Assembly (NCBI GenBank): GCA_050084515.1
Contig: CM114271.1
Span: 38,812,001-38,876,000, forward strand
Direction of reading: 5' to 3'
DNA from: Blasia pusilla
Lineage: Eukaryota
DNA length: 64,000 nucleotides
Shown: in pieces, positions 23,355 to 36,765 of the stretch
Layout: each line of letters begins with the position of its first letter
Position numbering within the stretch: the stretch's first letter is position 1
Position numbers and translations under genes: made by a program
The notes under the pieces: generated by a model
What the model was told of the DNA's origin: nothing
Databases searched by the model: none
The model's input: only the letters and a program-made list of their open reading frames with translations

Positions 23355-26300
23355 TCATTTCAAGCTTGTATGGGCGGACCATAACAAAGTAAGAAAATTC
23401 TGCTTGTGCCTATTCAAACTTTGTTGGCCTCTATATATTTGGGGCTTCTTCTTATTCCTTAGAGGTATGTGGATTATTTGGCCATTGTAGGTAGTTATCC
23501 TCTGCTTGGACATATATTGCACAATTTCGTGTGCCACCATAAAGAGTTATTTGCGGGTACTCTACTCGTCTCTTTTTGTATTGTATGTGTGAATATGAAC
23601 ACCCGAAACCTACATAATATGGTACTTGGTGACTAGTCCAAGTTCCTTGGCGCCTAACGTAGTTGTCTTATAGTTGTTTACAATCATTGCGGATATTTTC
23701 ATATTTATTACGGCTGATAATAATCCTTATATTTTACATGCTTCCAATTATGAGATGTGGATAAATGAGCTAGTAAGGCACCATATTCAGAGATTTGTGG
23801 ATGTGGCTTCTTACATCAGAGACCATTGTTGGATTCTCAACATCCACTTCTCTGAGCACCATTAATGTGATCGTCCCCCTTGTATGAAGAGAAGCCTAGA
23901 TTGATGGTTCCGACTTAGACGTCGGAGGAGTCATAGTAATATGACGTAGGTGGTTTTAGGAGTAGTGTTACTAGGATTATCTAACCTTATATTGCATCAG
24001 GGTGCCACACAACCTGATGCAATATAGGGTTTAAGTTCATGGGAATTTTTTTCTATTAATAGAAACGAAGAAAAAATAGGTACAAATCCTAGTTTCCCGA
24101 GTAGTAAAATAGTCGGGAGCCACAGCGGTTGCGCATTCTCGTATGTCGAGTTATCTCCATGTTCAGGTTCCGTCGAAGCTCTTCTGTGAGCGCACGGACG
24201 GACTAGGCCATTTTGTATCTCTAATCTTTGTAAAGATTTCTATTTTCTATTTGTCACTTTCTATTTTCTCACGTCATCACCTATGGAGTAGGGATGGAAA
24301 TGAGAGCCTTTTCTGACTCGGAGTGGGAAGGAGATTCTGATTCTCGGAGATCGGTTTCTGGTTATTGCTTCTTGGTAGGATCAGATGTGGTGTAATGGAT
24401 CAATAAGAAGCAACTTACAATGGCTCTTTCTTCTACGGAGGAAGAGTACAAGGCGACTTGTTATGCTTCTTGTGAAGCAGTATGGTTGAGATGGATATTG
24501 GAGCACATAGGAGAAGCATCAGAAAGTGCTATTGTAATGTAGTGTGAAAATCAGAGTTGCATTGCCATAACACATAATCTTGTGTTTCATGCTTGTACGA
24601 AGCACATAGAGATCCAATATCATTTTGTTCGTGAGTTGATCGAGAGAGAGGTTTTGAAGTTAGTCTATTGTCCAACAGGGGATAACCGTGCAGACATCTT
24701 CATGAAAGTTTTGAGCGGAGATCAACTTCATCGACATTTAAAGGGTCTTGGCATTGGTCCAAGTCAGTATTCCACGTGAGAGTGGATATTGAAAGGGGGA
24801 GGGGGGGTGTTGGATTCTCAACATCCACTTCTCTAAGCACTATTAATCTGATTGGCCCGCTTGTATGAGGAGAAGCCTAGATTGATGGTTTCGACTTAGA
24901 CGTCGGAGGAGTCATAGTAATATGAAGTAGGTGGTTTATGGAGTAGCATTACTAGGATTATCTAACCCTATATTGCATCAAGGTGCAGTGCACCCTAATG
25001 CAATATAGGGAAAAAACCCTATCTAACCCTATATTGCATTAGGGTGCACTATAACTTTCTGTTTTCTCACAAATCCTAGTAACGCTACTTTATATTAGTG
25101 CTTAGTAACCCAATATAGGGTTAGATAGGGTTTTTTCGTTTCTAATAATATTAATGAAGAAAAATAGGTAAAAAAATCCTAGTTTCTCGAGTAGTGAAAT
25201 AGTTGGGAGCCGTAGCGACAACACATTCTCGTATGTCAAGTTATCTCTATGTTCAGGTTCCATCAAAGCTCTTCTGTGAGCACACGAACAGACTATGCCA
25301 CTTTGTATCTCCAAGTTTTGTAAAAGATTTCAATGATTTTATCACTTTCTATTTTCTCACAAATCACACATTGGGAATTTTCTTATCATTCAACATAGTA
25401 TATCGTTGCGTCAACAATGTATCAGTTCTTCCACTCAACCACTTCATTTTTTTGTGGAGTGTAACGGCAAGTCACTTTTCGTTGGATGCCATTTTCAGGT
25501 AAGTAATCATCAAACTCTGTTAAAAGATATCCTCCTCCTCCATCACAACACAATTTAAGATTATGTTATCCAATTTGCTCTTCTACCATAATTATGGATG
25601 TTGGAACATTGAGAATACTTGTGACTTTGCTTTCATAAAGTATATCCATATATACCTAGAGAAGTTATAAATAAATGAAACCACTAAGGTTGTGTTGTGA
25701 TATTGTCCACATATCATTGTGAATCAACTCCAATATCTTAAATGCTCTTCTATCTTGCTTTAAAAATGGAAATATAACTTATTTTCCAAAACAGAAAGTC
25801 ACCATCACCACCTTATATTTTTGTCTAGTTTTGGTTCACAGTTGATTGAGTGAAGTTATGTTAAGTGTTTCTTCCTCTTTATGTTTCATATCCATCACGA
25901 CCACGGAAGCTTCTACCACGACCTTTGCCTTTATTTGATCCATTACTTGCAAATAGCGCAATCTCTTCTATACTAGTTAGGCGAGCTAGTGTTTTTGACT
26001 AGGCACATCTCCTCACTAATTAACAGCGCGAATAACTCTTGAAAAATTGGACAATTCTATCTCATAGACAAAAAGGTCTCAAAAGACTTTTAATCTTTTA
26101 TAAGACCTTGAACAATGAACAAAATCATATCATTATCTTCTAAAATAACTCCAATGCTATTCAAAAAATCAACAATATGAATGACACTTAAAACATAATA
26201 ATTGTTACTTTTTAATGTTTTCTTTCATTTGTTCAATTTTTATTTCAATTGAAACTTTCTAGCCTTTATAGATATCTTGAAAAACTTTTCCAGTGCATCC

Positions 26301-27390
26301 CCCATCTCCTTCGCAATCTTAGCATCTTAAATGTGACCAATCATTCGTGAATTGATTGTTGTTCAAATGTAGTGGATTTCTTACCTTGTGCATTTGTTCT
26401 AGGTATCTTGAGTCACCTTTTGGTTTGGACTCATCACTTGCAAGAAGCTCCCATAGTTCTTGACCCTTGAGAAATTGCTTCATGCGAAACCTCCCAAACA
26501 TTATAATTGTGCTTATGTAGCTTCTCGCCTCTAATTATTGTTGAGGAATATGCCATGAAGAACGATTTTACTTACAAAATATAATTTCAGGCTCTCCACT
26601 GCTCCAGTTGAAGCATAAACCACTCCTACATGGAAATTGACTTGAAATTTTGCAAAATTGACCAATTGTGTGGAAGAACTAGTCAAAATTGGCATGCAGA
26701 GAGCAAACTGCACAACTTTCCTTCACTAATTGCGCTTTCCTATACTAAAATTGTTATTGAAGGAGCTTAGAATGTCATAATCAAAAAAATTTGGAAGCTT
26801 TCTACAAGAAAGTCAGAGTTGACCTTTGGCATTTTTCTGACTGATGCGGACCTACATTGTTGAATTAACCAAGAAAGCCCTAAAAATTGCCTACAAAGTC
26901 TTGTCACCTTCACAACTCCATCCAAAATCTTATCTCACTCAACTCTCAATAAATTTTCCTTATCCCAAACTCAAACTATGCCTTCTCTTGCCTCTCGTCT
27001 TTCCTCAAACACCAAGAAATTGAAGTGATATTTTCTTATCGCTATGATATCATGTAGAAAATCACTAAAAAAGCATAACTAATGGGATACGACACTGTCA
27101 TACACATACACCACCATGGAGCCAAAATTTTGGAACAAGAGAATGAATGGAGGATGATCCCTTTTTTTATTATTACGGTATGTACAAGCAATCCTAACCC
27201 TAATCCTATTCATAGTCTCAAGTTATACTAATTATGGTTAACTCATCCTAGTTAAGATAATCATGCTTAACTAACTAAACAAGATTAAGCTTTACTATTT
27301 CGTATGAGTACCAAATGTAGCAATTCTGATATCCAATAAGCTTCAATATAACTTCGTCTTTAATACTATGAATATTTATTGCAAGAGGTG
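23355..27390 (-). mobile_element. Degenerate Ty1/Copia LTR retrotransposon (LTR, PBS, gag, integrase) inserted in the MULE
   Basis: On the minus strand an LTR end (..CA at 27053) is followed by TGATATCATAGC (27052-27041), close to the tRNA-iMet PBS TGGTATCAGAGC. A gag N-terminus RMKQFLKGQELWE lies at ~26450-26490 and an integrase motif NGIQRKVTCRYTPQKNEVVEWKN at ~25430-25495. Outer boundaries are approximate. Confidence 0.7.
23827..25366 (+). mobile_element. Internally deleted Copia element: LTR - RNase H remnant - PPT - LTR
   Basis: Direct repeats start TGTTGGATTCTCAACATCC at 23827 (to ~24279) and 24808 (to ~25366). Between them is Copia RNase H (FSDSEWEGDSDSRRSVSGY...ALSSTEEEYKA...FHACTKHIEIQYHFVRE...ADIFMK) and a polypurine tract at 24791-24807 abutting the second LTR. 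No clean TSD. Confidence 0.85.
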
Positions 27391-27590
27391 GGGCCCAATG
27401 ACCTACACTTACAATTTGTGATGGAAGGCAAAGCAAGGCAAGGCAGGTGGAGCAATAATGAGGGAGGGAGTTGAGGTGGAGGAATGAAGAAATGAGAAAG
27501 TGCGGAACATGAAGGGAAATGGGGGGATGAGAAAGGGGATGTGGGGCCTACATGGTCAAGTCCTTCCATAAGACGGACATAAGTTCACGG
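27391..27590 (+). mobile_element. Internal fragment of the hAT MITE family
   Basis: GATGGAAGGCAA...CAAGTCCTTCCATAAGACGGACATAAGTTCACGG aligns by eye to 54400-54592. Confidence 0.7.
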
Positions 27591-27600
27591 GAAAAAATTT

Positions 27601-27818
27601 TCTATTAATAGAAATGAATAAAAATAGGTACAAACCTTAGTTTCACGAATAGTGAAATAGTCGAGAGCCGCAATGGTAGCGCATTCTCGTGTGTCGAGTT
27701 ATCTCCATGTTCAGGTTCAATCGAAGCTCTTCTGTGAGCGCACAGACGGACTAGGTCACTTTGTATCTCTAAGTTTTGTAAAGATTTCAGTGATGTTGTC
27801 ACTTTCTGTTTTGTCACA
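27601..27818 (+). mobile_element. Third, partial copy of the Copia LTR (3' portion)
   Basis: TCTATTAATAGAAA...GCATTCTCGT.TGTCGAGTTATCTCCATGTTCAGGTTC..TCGAAGCTCTTCTGTGAGCGCAC matches 24052-24272 and 25141-25360. Confidence 0.85.
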
Positions 27819-28792
27819 CCCTTCCCTTGCAATTGCATATGGGTTGTGGAATTATATGATGAACGTGTATGCAGAGTGGAAGTCAGAAGCATATCATCCA
27901 ACAATGTACACTAAATCACTAACGAGTTATGGCTTGCTTTGAAATTAACAAAATGAAGCTACCTCTCAAGGGTTTGAGGTGCTTTCTTCTGGTGAGGGCA
28001 ACGCACTTATGACTTCAAGAACAAGTAGGAAATGATTCCATGTACTTTTTTCTCTTGAATGTAGTTGTTTGTGCCTCGAGTTCCAAGATACTCGTTGGCC
28101 TTGTATCCACGTGATGACTTGGGATGTGATAAGAGGTATGGACTTAGTGAAATTGTTTGATCCCATTTGGATGAATGATTTCATATAACCTATCTATAGT
28201 TTAAGTATTTTGGTGGTTAAGAGTGATGAATTAATACCCTCATGGGAGTGTGGACCATCTTCCCCTACATCTAGGGGAGGCTAGAAGTGCATTATATGCA
28301 TCCCTAGTGGACTATCGTAAGGGAAGGTGCACCAAGGGGAGGGAGGGGGGAAATCCTTTATCCAATGAAGTGGACGGTAATATGCAAGCACTACTCATAA
28401 AAGAAGAGGATAGCAATGTGCCATTTCAAAAGGGACACATATCGAAGAGTCATAGTTATGTGCAAAGTGGTGGTCGTCAATGTAGCCATTGCAAAGAAGA
28501 GGGTCATAATAGGAAAACTTGCCCAATCTTGATAACCCATGTCATCCATGGTAGGCCTACTACTAATCCACATTGGAGCCATAGAAAAAGGCAAGTTGTG
28601 ACAAGGGATAATGTATATACTCCAGAAGATTTATACATAGATTTGACATATGCTAAAAATTTACATGACCACATGGTTGTCCAAGATTATTTCAGAATTT
28701 TTGAAGTCCTTCCTGATATGAATGACATTAATCGTTATGCAGATGATTGGATGGTGGCTACTAGGAATGTTAGATTGGTAGCTGAAGGATAG
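27819..28792 (+). pseudogene. Mutator (MULE) transposase remnant, C-terminal SWIM and CCHC zinc fingers
   Basis: SWIM-type CSCLCLEFQDTRWPCIH at ~28060-28110 and zinc knuckle CSHCKEEGHNRKTC at ~28480-28522. They are on the same strand and in the expected domain order after the DDE part at 23084. Confidence 0.75.
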
Positions 28793-31633
28793 CAACTTCA
28801 AATGGAACCTTTCCGATATCGCATAGAAGGTATGAAGTATTTCCAAGTGTGATTGAAATTTATGATAAGTTAGAGGAAGTAACAGAATAAGTACTTGAAG
28901 AGGAAGCTGGTTGCTCATCCATCCCACAATTAAACATGAATGGGGATTGGGACCTGAAACAGGAGGCATTTTACATAAGCCTAGCTGAACAGGCTCGTGA
29001 AGAATGCAAGGGTTTGCTTAAGAATGCCGCTAGGGGCTTAAAGCTCTTAGTATCTTCTCTCCACAAGCCTCTCGAACGTAATTAACTGCAAGCTATCGTC
29101 CATTTTGTGATAGGGGTCTTGGGCTATGATTGGCCGCTAGTGAAAGCCCCTACAACTTCAAGTAACCGTTGGGTATTGGTCATTATCCACCAGATAATCA
29201 AGAATGTGATTACATCAAGGATGAAAATACTCGTCCGCATAGAGTACATTACTATGATAAGTCAGAGTAACTCATCCACCAGGAGTAGAGAACGGTGAGG
29301 AGCACCCAATAAAAAGGCATGATAGTCGCCATTGGAAAGAACTAAATTCTATGGAGCACTACAACAAAGTGAATCCAAATGGGGCAAGCTTCCAAATTAG
29401 CAAGATATGGTTAGGGAGATAGTTGCCCAACCAAAGTGACTTAACCTAGGAAGGAAGGTTGCCAAAGGAAGATTAGCTACGAGGATCAAGGTGTGGCCAA
29501 GCATGTCCCAGTCTGACAAGATCTCACATCTATGAAGGGCTAATTATCTCTAGCAATAGCTATTACCTAAGAAAGCCCAATTTAATTGCAGGGTTTTCTC
29601 TTCATTATCATGTTGGATGTGCCATAATGGCAATCACAATGCACAAGATATAGGCCACAAGACCTCTGTGGGAGTTGTGATTTTTTTTAGAGGTGGTGAA
29701 TTGACTGCGTGGATGGAGGATGGGGTTGTGTGCGCTTCATTGTACGTGTGTGGTTCACTAGAGGCACACATGCACATGCTGATAATCCATGTTAGAATAT
29801 CTTCAGTGGAAGGTGATTGCTAGATAGTGGAGTTGCTACTTATTGGTAGAGGTTCTCAAACAACTGATTCGATCTTGATTGATCCGGATTTGCAGACCTT
29901 TGATGTGTTTCTTATTACAAGGGGTTCTCAAACAAGTGAGTCACACCTCATCACTACATTATATCGAAACAAAATGGTTATAACACATGAGCAACAAGTG
30001 TAGATAGAAACTTGCGAAGGGAGTGGAGACCGCTTCATGGTGACCTATAGTTTCGAGTATGAGGCAATACAGAAGGTTAGTCGGATATTCCAGATAGAGA
30101 AAATCTTTCTACTCGATCAACATGTCCAAAAATAAATGTATCCAACCATGGTACATGGCTTTGCATGGAAAAAAGGTCGTTACTTCTCTTATTGTGATGA
30201 TGTAGGTGGTTAGAAATGTAGACCACCTCTCCTAAGTGAGGAGTATTGGTATTCAGGGGAGGGGATAGACGAGAATGGAGGTTGTGAATGGCTGTTAATT
30301 AATCAATGATCAAAGGAAAATCACTCAGTATTGGCCAATTAATGTTGTGAACCATTCTTCTGATGAAAGAGAATATGTATCATCCGATAGGTTACATGGC
30401 ATGGGAGTTAGAGATACATGTGCAGAAAAATATCCCCACATGTGCATTAGAAGACAAAGTGGAGAAGATTCACGCAAAAAATCATCAAACGTTGATAGTA
30501 TGGTTTGGCTTTGTTAATGTAGTCATATACAATCATTGCGGCTATTTACATTTTTCTTTACACTTCCATGGTGATTTTTTGGGAGTTATTTTTCCTCTTA
30601 CACTTTGCTTTGTTTATGGTTTTGGCTATTTTTTAGTATCATAGAAGCTTTTTTTTATACTTGCACATGTAGAATGTGTCTGTCTGTGGCTATTTACAAT
30701 TGCCATTGGAATAGGCTTGTGTTTTCATGAAATAACCTTGTGTCTACTTTGTTTGTGGCTTAGGTGGATGCGTTTTGCAATATACATGGTGTGCATGCGA
30801 CTATGTACAGTTATATGCATCCTCCATTGAATTTTTTTTCACACTTATAGGGTTTTCTGGTGGGCAAATTCACTTCATTTCTGGACTGCCGTTATGACTA
30901 TTTACAAATAGATTGGGTTTTTTTTGGACCTTCTATGCTAAGCTCGTGGATACTTTCACTTAACATTGAATGTAAGGGCACCTACTTATAGTTGGTGATT
31001 TTGTTCTCAGATCTTATTGCATTAGGGTCTTGTTGTTCATGATGCAAGGGAAGAGAGTAACGTACTAGCTTCTCCCTCACAATAGAGTGCACCGTCAATT
31101 TTTGGTGAGCAGATATTTGAACTATGCATGGAGTATGTAGGGATGAAGCTAGACCATTCCTTGGATCTACATTGCTAAGAGGAAAAGATAGATAAAAAAG
31201 AAAGAACATTGGCTAGATTAGATAAGTACTTAGATGTTCTCGAACGCACAAAAAAAACTTTGATATGCAAAAGGGAGGGGCTATTATCAAACCTAGCACT
31301 ATTTGGGTATGACTCGGCATCATTATGGCTAGAAGAATTGGCAAGGGTGGATGGCATGAAAGATTCTATTTCCAAGAGTTCAATGTTTGAGAGTGAGCTC
31401 TTTAGCATGTTAGGAGGCTCTGTAGAAGGAGGAGATAAAGAATCAACTCGAAAAAAGTCTCTTAAGGAGATATATAGATTGAAGAGGCTTTCTAAAAGTT
31501 TGCCATAATAGGAGGATGTCAAAGGAGAAAAATTCTTGTACAATAATTTCCAAAATTGTCTTCCCTTTGAATGGAGAGTAAATATTTCTGGTTTAAAGGC
31601 ATTCATTTATGCTTTCTAAAATAGCAAAAGTTG

Positions 31634-32056
<423 letters not shown>

Positions 32057-33113
32057 CAACAGATATGGCAAGCATAATAAGTTGAGACAATCCCATAATT
32101 TCCATTCAATTATGAACATATCGGCCATATGTCTAATTTGGATTTAGCCACATCGTCTCAATACCTAGCCCATTTTAAGTGGCGGGTCTCTTATTGGCCA
32201 CGGACAACCAAGAAGGGCACGTAATGGGGAAAATTAAGTTATTAATGATCTTTATTTTCTAAGTTTTGGAATGAATTGGTGAGGGGTTTCAATTTACGAT
32301 GAATTTTGAGATGTTGTAGGAAGAGGAATTATTTGGGTGTATTGGGGAATGTGGGTAACAATGGATTCACTGCTAGAATCGAAGTTGGAAAAGTGCTCAA
32401 CTAGATGACTTTGGGTACAATTCAAGTAGTATTAGAGTGTCTGTCAAATTAGGGTTTTGGTTATTTCTTTTATTGGTTTATTTTTCCTGAGTTGTGCCGG
32501 TGTTCTTATTGTTATCGCTCACGTCTTGTGAGGGGAGTCCAATCCATACCCAAATTTCATTCAAGAGACTAGTTTTGTTGTCTTTACTCTGCAATCATAT
32601 GTAGGTGGAGTGCCTTCCTTTCCCTTTTCCATAGCTCAATTATGGATATGATACATGGTTGAATCCAACCTTATTGCTCGCTTCACCTTTTTCTGAGATT
32701 AGCTACTAAGAGGAATCCGCCTTCTAGGTAGAATTGGGGTTGCAATGTAGTTGGGCTATGTTGAAGTTTTCTCCCATTTTTTTCCTTCGTAGAGAGAAAC
32801 TTGAAAATTGTATCAAACCTGCAGCATGTATCTTGAAATTTCCCATGACTAATTTTTTTTCCCTAAACATTATATGTAGAGCTTTAGATCTCAATATTTC
32901 CACTTCGACTTCGCTCACATTTGTTCAACTCAAGTTGAGCTGGGGAGAATTCCTTTGTAGGGTGTGGCATCATTTTGAGAATTCTCTGACATTTTAGTGT
33001 GTTTTTGGAAGATCTAGATTTTCGTATCGATTCTTAGAGATACACGCTGCAGGTTCTCTTCCATAGTGTTGAATCGCTCTTTGTGGATACCCAACCCATT
33101 TTAGCTATTGGAA

Positions 33114-33199
33114 GAAGGAACTCGGCAAAATGATTCCGTAACCTTGGGAGAAGGGTGGCTCTCCTATCTTCGGATTAGGAAATTGGCAAATACCAAGGG
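33114..33199 (+). pseudogene. Decayed organellar LSU rRNA fragment, most like plant mitochondrial rrn26 (NUMT)
   Basis: GAAGGAACTCGGCAAAATGATTCCGTAACCTTGGGAGAAGGG...CTCTCCTATCTTCGGATTAGGAAATTGGCAAATACCAAGGG contains the conserved bacterial/organellar LSU motif GAAGGAACTCGGCAAAATG..CCGTAAC.T.GGGAGAAGG. The following CTCTCCTATCTT..GATTAGGAAA fits plant mitochondrial 26S as I recall it; I have not aligned it. Confidence 0.7.
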
Positions 33200-34077
33200 C
33201 TCTGTGGAGATGATCATACAAAGTTTTCATACATCACTCTTCGACCAAAAGATGCGGGCACCAAGGGGAATAAGTAAAAGCCATCGATAGTCTAGGTTAA
33301 AAAAGGCCCTTCTAGGATAGAGTAGATCAGTGCTTCAGTTACAAAAATGGCTAAGACATCTTTAAGCCTCGATCCACTCTATTACGTCCACAAGTAGGGT
33401 GGTTTTAGCCGTAAGGAACAAACTCAAAGTATTATATACAACATAATTTGACATAAAGATGGAAGGTTTGCAATTTCTAAATTTTATTAAAAGCATGAGT
33501 ACATAACATACATTAGTTGAAACCTTCTAGCATGATGCAATTCCCTTCACCACGAAGGACATCCTTCAGCAAAACGATCACCTTGCTATTAGGCGCTATG
33601 ATGAGGCAAGCCTGTTATGAACTTCCTCGAGCTAGGTATGAAGAATATGGACATTAACCGCAATATACTCCAAGTTCTTTTGCGACCCTTCAGCCTGAAC
33701 GAGGACGGAATCAAGACCAACATGCATATGCAAATAAAGTTTCCGACCTTTACTAAGACAATGTCCTCTAAGAGAGATAGTGACAACTTCTATTGATGAC
33801 ACTGAGATTTTATCCGCCGCATTAGGGTCATGGCCAACATTCATCACAAGCGATAATGAATTTCTAGGCGAGAGGAGGTTTCAAGTTTCAACATGAACAA
33901 TATTCCTTCGAGCTCTTGCTCTATATTCCACCAGAAAAATCCAAAGACTGGTGGATTGTTTTTGTACATGAGAAACACTATCGTGGCTGCTCATGTTGAA
34001 AAATTCATGAGCAGAAATTTCCATCATAAGGGTGTCCCATCTCAGTTAGGCGGAAGGTAGAGTTCTAACTTCTACCG

Positions 34078-34617
34078 TGTCGACAACATAGATGGTCAAC
34101 GGGTTGTTCGGGTGTAACTTTGTCTTGAGATGTTGGATGAGATTGGTGACAAGTCATTGCCTCGGGAACGTTGTTTATGGTAATTTCCGTGTTTTGGTCT
34201 TAGACAGTATAGTGACCCGTTCACCAAGTCAACAATCACATGCTAATGTGTGCATGCACGTTACCGTTGGGATGAATATTTTTGGGAGAAGAGCCTTTTG
34301 GCTCATCCCAAGGCTATAAGAGAGGGAGAGATGTCATCGTTCTCATGTTGAGCCTTAGGTGCATCTGTCTTGCTTGTGTGTGCAGGATCTAGGGTGCTAA
34401 CGTTAGAATTCTCTCATAGCAAAAGGTGGATGTGACACGATATGCTGATGTATATTTTGGAATGGAGTTTTAGGCCAGGTGGACTATTTTTACTATGATT
34501 TAGTTGAGTGATATCGATATATATATGTTAGTATATTTTGTTTATGGGTGGATTGACCCCTATGTTGAGAAGATAACTGTCGTGTGATGTGACCTACGAT
34601 GTATGTGCTCGCCGACA
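34078..34617 (+). mobile_element. Possible degenerate solo LTR
   Basis: TGTCG...CGACA termini and an internal CTATAAG TATA-like motif at ~34314. No TSD found. Confidence 0.3.
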
Positions 34618-35265
34618 AAGGCATCACCACCTTGCCAAGTGAATAATCATCGGCGTCTAACCAATCAAATGCACATAAAACATTCACGTTTTCACTATAT
34701 ATATGATTAACAAACTCCTCGGATATTTCCTCTCAGCCCCCCCATCCGACGGCAATTTCTCACTTCCTATTTCTTCCGAACTTGCAAGCGGGATATGTAT
34801 ATACTTTCTATGATTTCATTCTAAATTACTTGCAAATTGCTACCATGAGCGAATTCCATATTAAATTCTTTTTCATTCTTAAATGCTTCCCGCCAATTTT
34901 GTGTTTCCGCCTCTACGGTACCGCGTCACATTCTCCCACCTTAAACCACGGAATCAACCCTAAACACAAGCCCGGTGCATCCGGTAATGACGCAATTCCA
35001 GACCTGCTGTAGCCGGTTCCGTAGGGGGCCGGGGCCTCTCATGCGTATTCCCGGACTAACGAACATGCACATGTCGGAAGTCAACGCTCCATGAGACGGT
35101 GCTCAAGACGAAAATGAAGAAATGGAAAGATATTACAAAACATGAACGCGATCGCTCAAAGAATAGCGAGAAACAAACAAACCTCCTCCTGTGAGGAAGG
35201 AACAACTCTAGCAACAGGTCTCTATCCTCCCGACTGGTCTTTCAGCTCGGTGTGCGTGCTGAGGA

Positions 35266-36765
35266 TCAGGGGCCAGAAGGATTGGATGGTTTATAGTACA
35301 CATAGATTGTGAAGAACGTCTGTAGAAAAGTGAGAACGAGGAGCACGAAGGCAGCCAGGAGCGACGCAATTTTCCACGGTTTGTTCAAGTAAGTCTCTAC
35401 GAACTCCCAGAAAGTGCGACGGTGCTTATTCCCGTACGAGTTCTTGAGACATTGGCAGAACTCAATGAAGTTCTGAGAGTAAGACGGGCGCCAAAGCCCC
35501 TCTGACATGTGATTCCACAACTCCGACACGGTTAGGTCGTCTCCCAACCTGTTTCGGTAAATCACAGCGTGCTTACCGCCCTTGCTGAGGATCGCGACGT
35601 CCTCCTTGCTGTTGATCAAGCTGGCCATGAGAAACACGTACTCCAGCAGTGGCGTCCCCTCCATGTACGAGAGCATCAGCATTTCGAAAAAGGCGAAGTT
35701 CCTCAGCTTTGGAAAGGTGCCGTGTTTCACTTCGATCTGAGGGAGCCACACGGTGTCCTTTATGAAGCCTCTTTCGAACTTGTAGTCCGTGAGCGGTCCG
35801 ATGAATCCCTTGAATTTGATTCCGGCTTTCGCCAGCTGAGAAACCGTTGGGATTTGCGGTGGTTCGCTCATGGAATTCCCGAGAGTTTCATCTGGGCAAA
35901 CCGCTCGATACAGGCAGTGCAGTAGATGATCCGACTCCTCGTGGAACGACATCGCCGGAGGAGACCGAAAGAAGCCCCAGTTATCGACAAGTCTCTTGAC
36001 GACGTTCGAGAGCAGCTCGTTGAACTCCACCTGCGATGAACGATCTTCTGCGTCCGTTCTGCGGCGTGGATCCGTTCGCCTCCTCTCGTTCATGATGTTG
36101 AACACATTGCGAAGGAGAACGAGCGGGATCTGGTTCTCCACGAACACCAAATCGTTGAAGATGCCCGTCGCGACCAGGCTGATGAACTCGGACTGCTCGA
36201 AGTGGAAATCGGTCCTTTCGGACTGCACGTTCTGGAACAATATCATCAAATAGACGGCGTCAATCGTCAGGAGGTTCCGCACATCCTCGTCGCTCATGCT
36301 CGGTGCCTCTTGGTAGTACAGCTTGATCTCGGCGGGATTAGGCACAACGCGCATGCGGAGCTCATCCCAGTCGAGCGGATGCGTCCGGGTCCGATTGACA
36401 ACGTGTAGAAACATGGTCACACATCCCAAGCGACGATTGTCGATTGCATCGGGAGCCTGCAAGTCGCCCCTTTCGTACAGCCCGAATCGCATCGAGGTCG
36501 GGCTGTACATGAACTGGCCGGGCTTCACGACGCGACTTTCATGTGGAATTTGGAAGATTGTCGGTCTGATGTTCCGCTCGGTGTGGTTCGGACGAAAAAC
36601 CAATTCGACTTCTCTGAGCTTTTCCCTAATCAGTCTCCCCGCCAATCCGTGCTCTGGGTCGCTGCTCGTCGCACTGCGAGCTCCGCTACCTGCACTGTCA
36701 TTGGACCCCCCCTCTCCGTCCTCGTCTCTCTCGCTATCCGGCCGCTGGTACCGTGGAGGGTTCAT
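35266..36765 (-). CDS. DUF247 / UPF0481 family plant protein with C-terminal transmembrane helix; intronless, 499 aa from the first ATG
   Basis: Long uninterrupted GC-rich ORF; the track start at 36789 is non-ATG and the first ATG is at 36765. DUF247 hallmarks in order: IFQIP...YSPTSMRFGLY, LLTIDAVYL, DLVFVENQIPL, HLLHCLY, IPTVSQLAKAGIKFK, LPQIEV...LRNFAFFE, YVFLMASLINSKEDVAIL, then PWKIASLLAAFVLLVLTFLQTFFTIY as the TM anchor. Confidence 0.9.
   Translation of the reverse strand: MNPPRYQRPDSERDEDGEGGSNDSAGSGARSATSSDPEHGLAGRLIREKLREVELVFRPNHTERNIRPTIFQIPHESRVVKPGQFMYSPTSMRFGLYERGDLQAPDAIDNRRLGCVTMFLHVVNRTRTHPLDWDELRMRVVPNPAEIKLYYQEAPSMSDEDVRNLLTIDAVYLMILFQNVQSERTDFHFEQSEFISLVATGIFNDLVFVENQIPLVLLRNVFNIMNERRRTDPRRRTDAEDRSSQVEFNELLSNVVKRLVDNWGFFRSPPAMSFHEESDHLLHCLYRAVCPDETLGNSMSEPPQIPTVSQLAKAGIKFKGFIGPLTDYKFERGFIKDTVWLPQIEVKHGTFPKLRNFAFFEMLMLSYMEGTPLLEYVFLMASLINSKEDVAILSKGGKHAVIYRNRLGDDLTVSELWNHMSEGLWRPSYSQNFIEFCQCLKNSYGNKHRRTFWEFVETYLNKPWKIASLLAAFVLLVLTFLQTFFTIYVYYKPSNPSGP

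Noticed and set aside
31209..31508. 99-aa ORF next to the microsatellite
   Set aside because: Non-ATG start, no recognisable homology, and embedded in decayed repeat DNA.
32626..32668. tRNA-like TCCATAGCTCAATT...GGTTGAATCC
   Set aside because: Too short between the A- and B-box-like parts and no cloverleaf; at most a decayed fragment.
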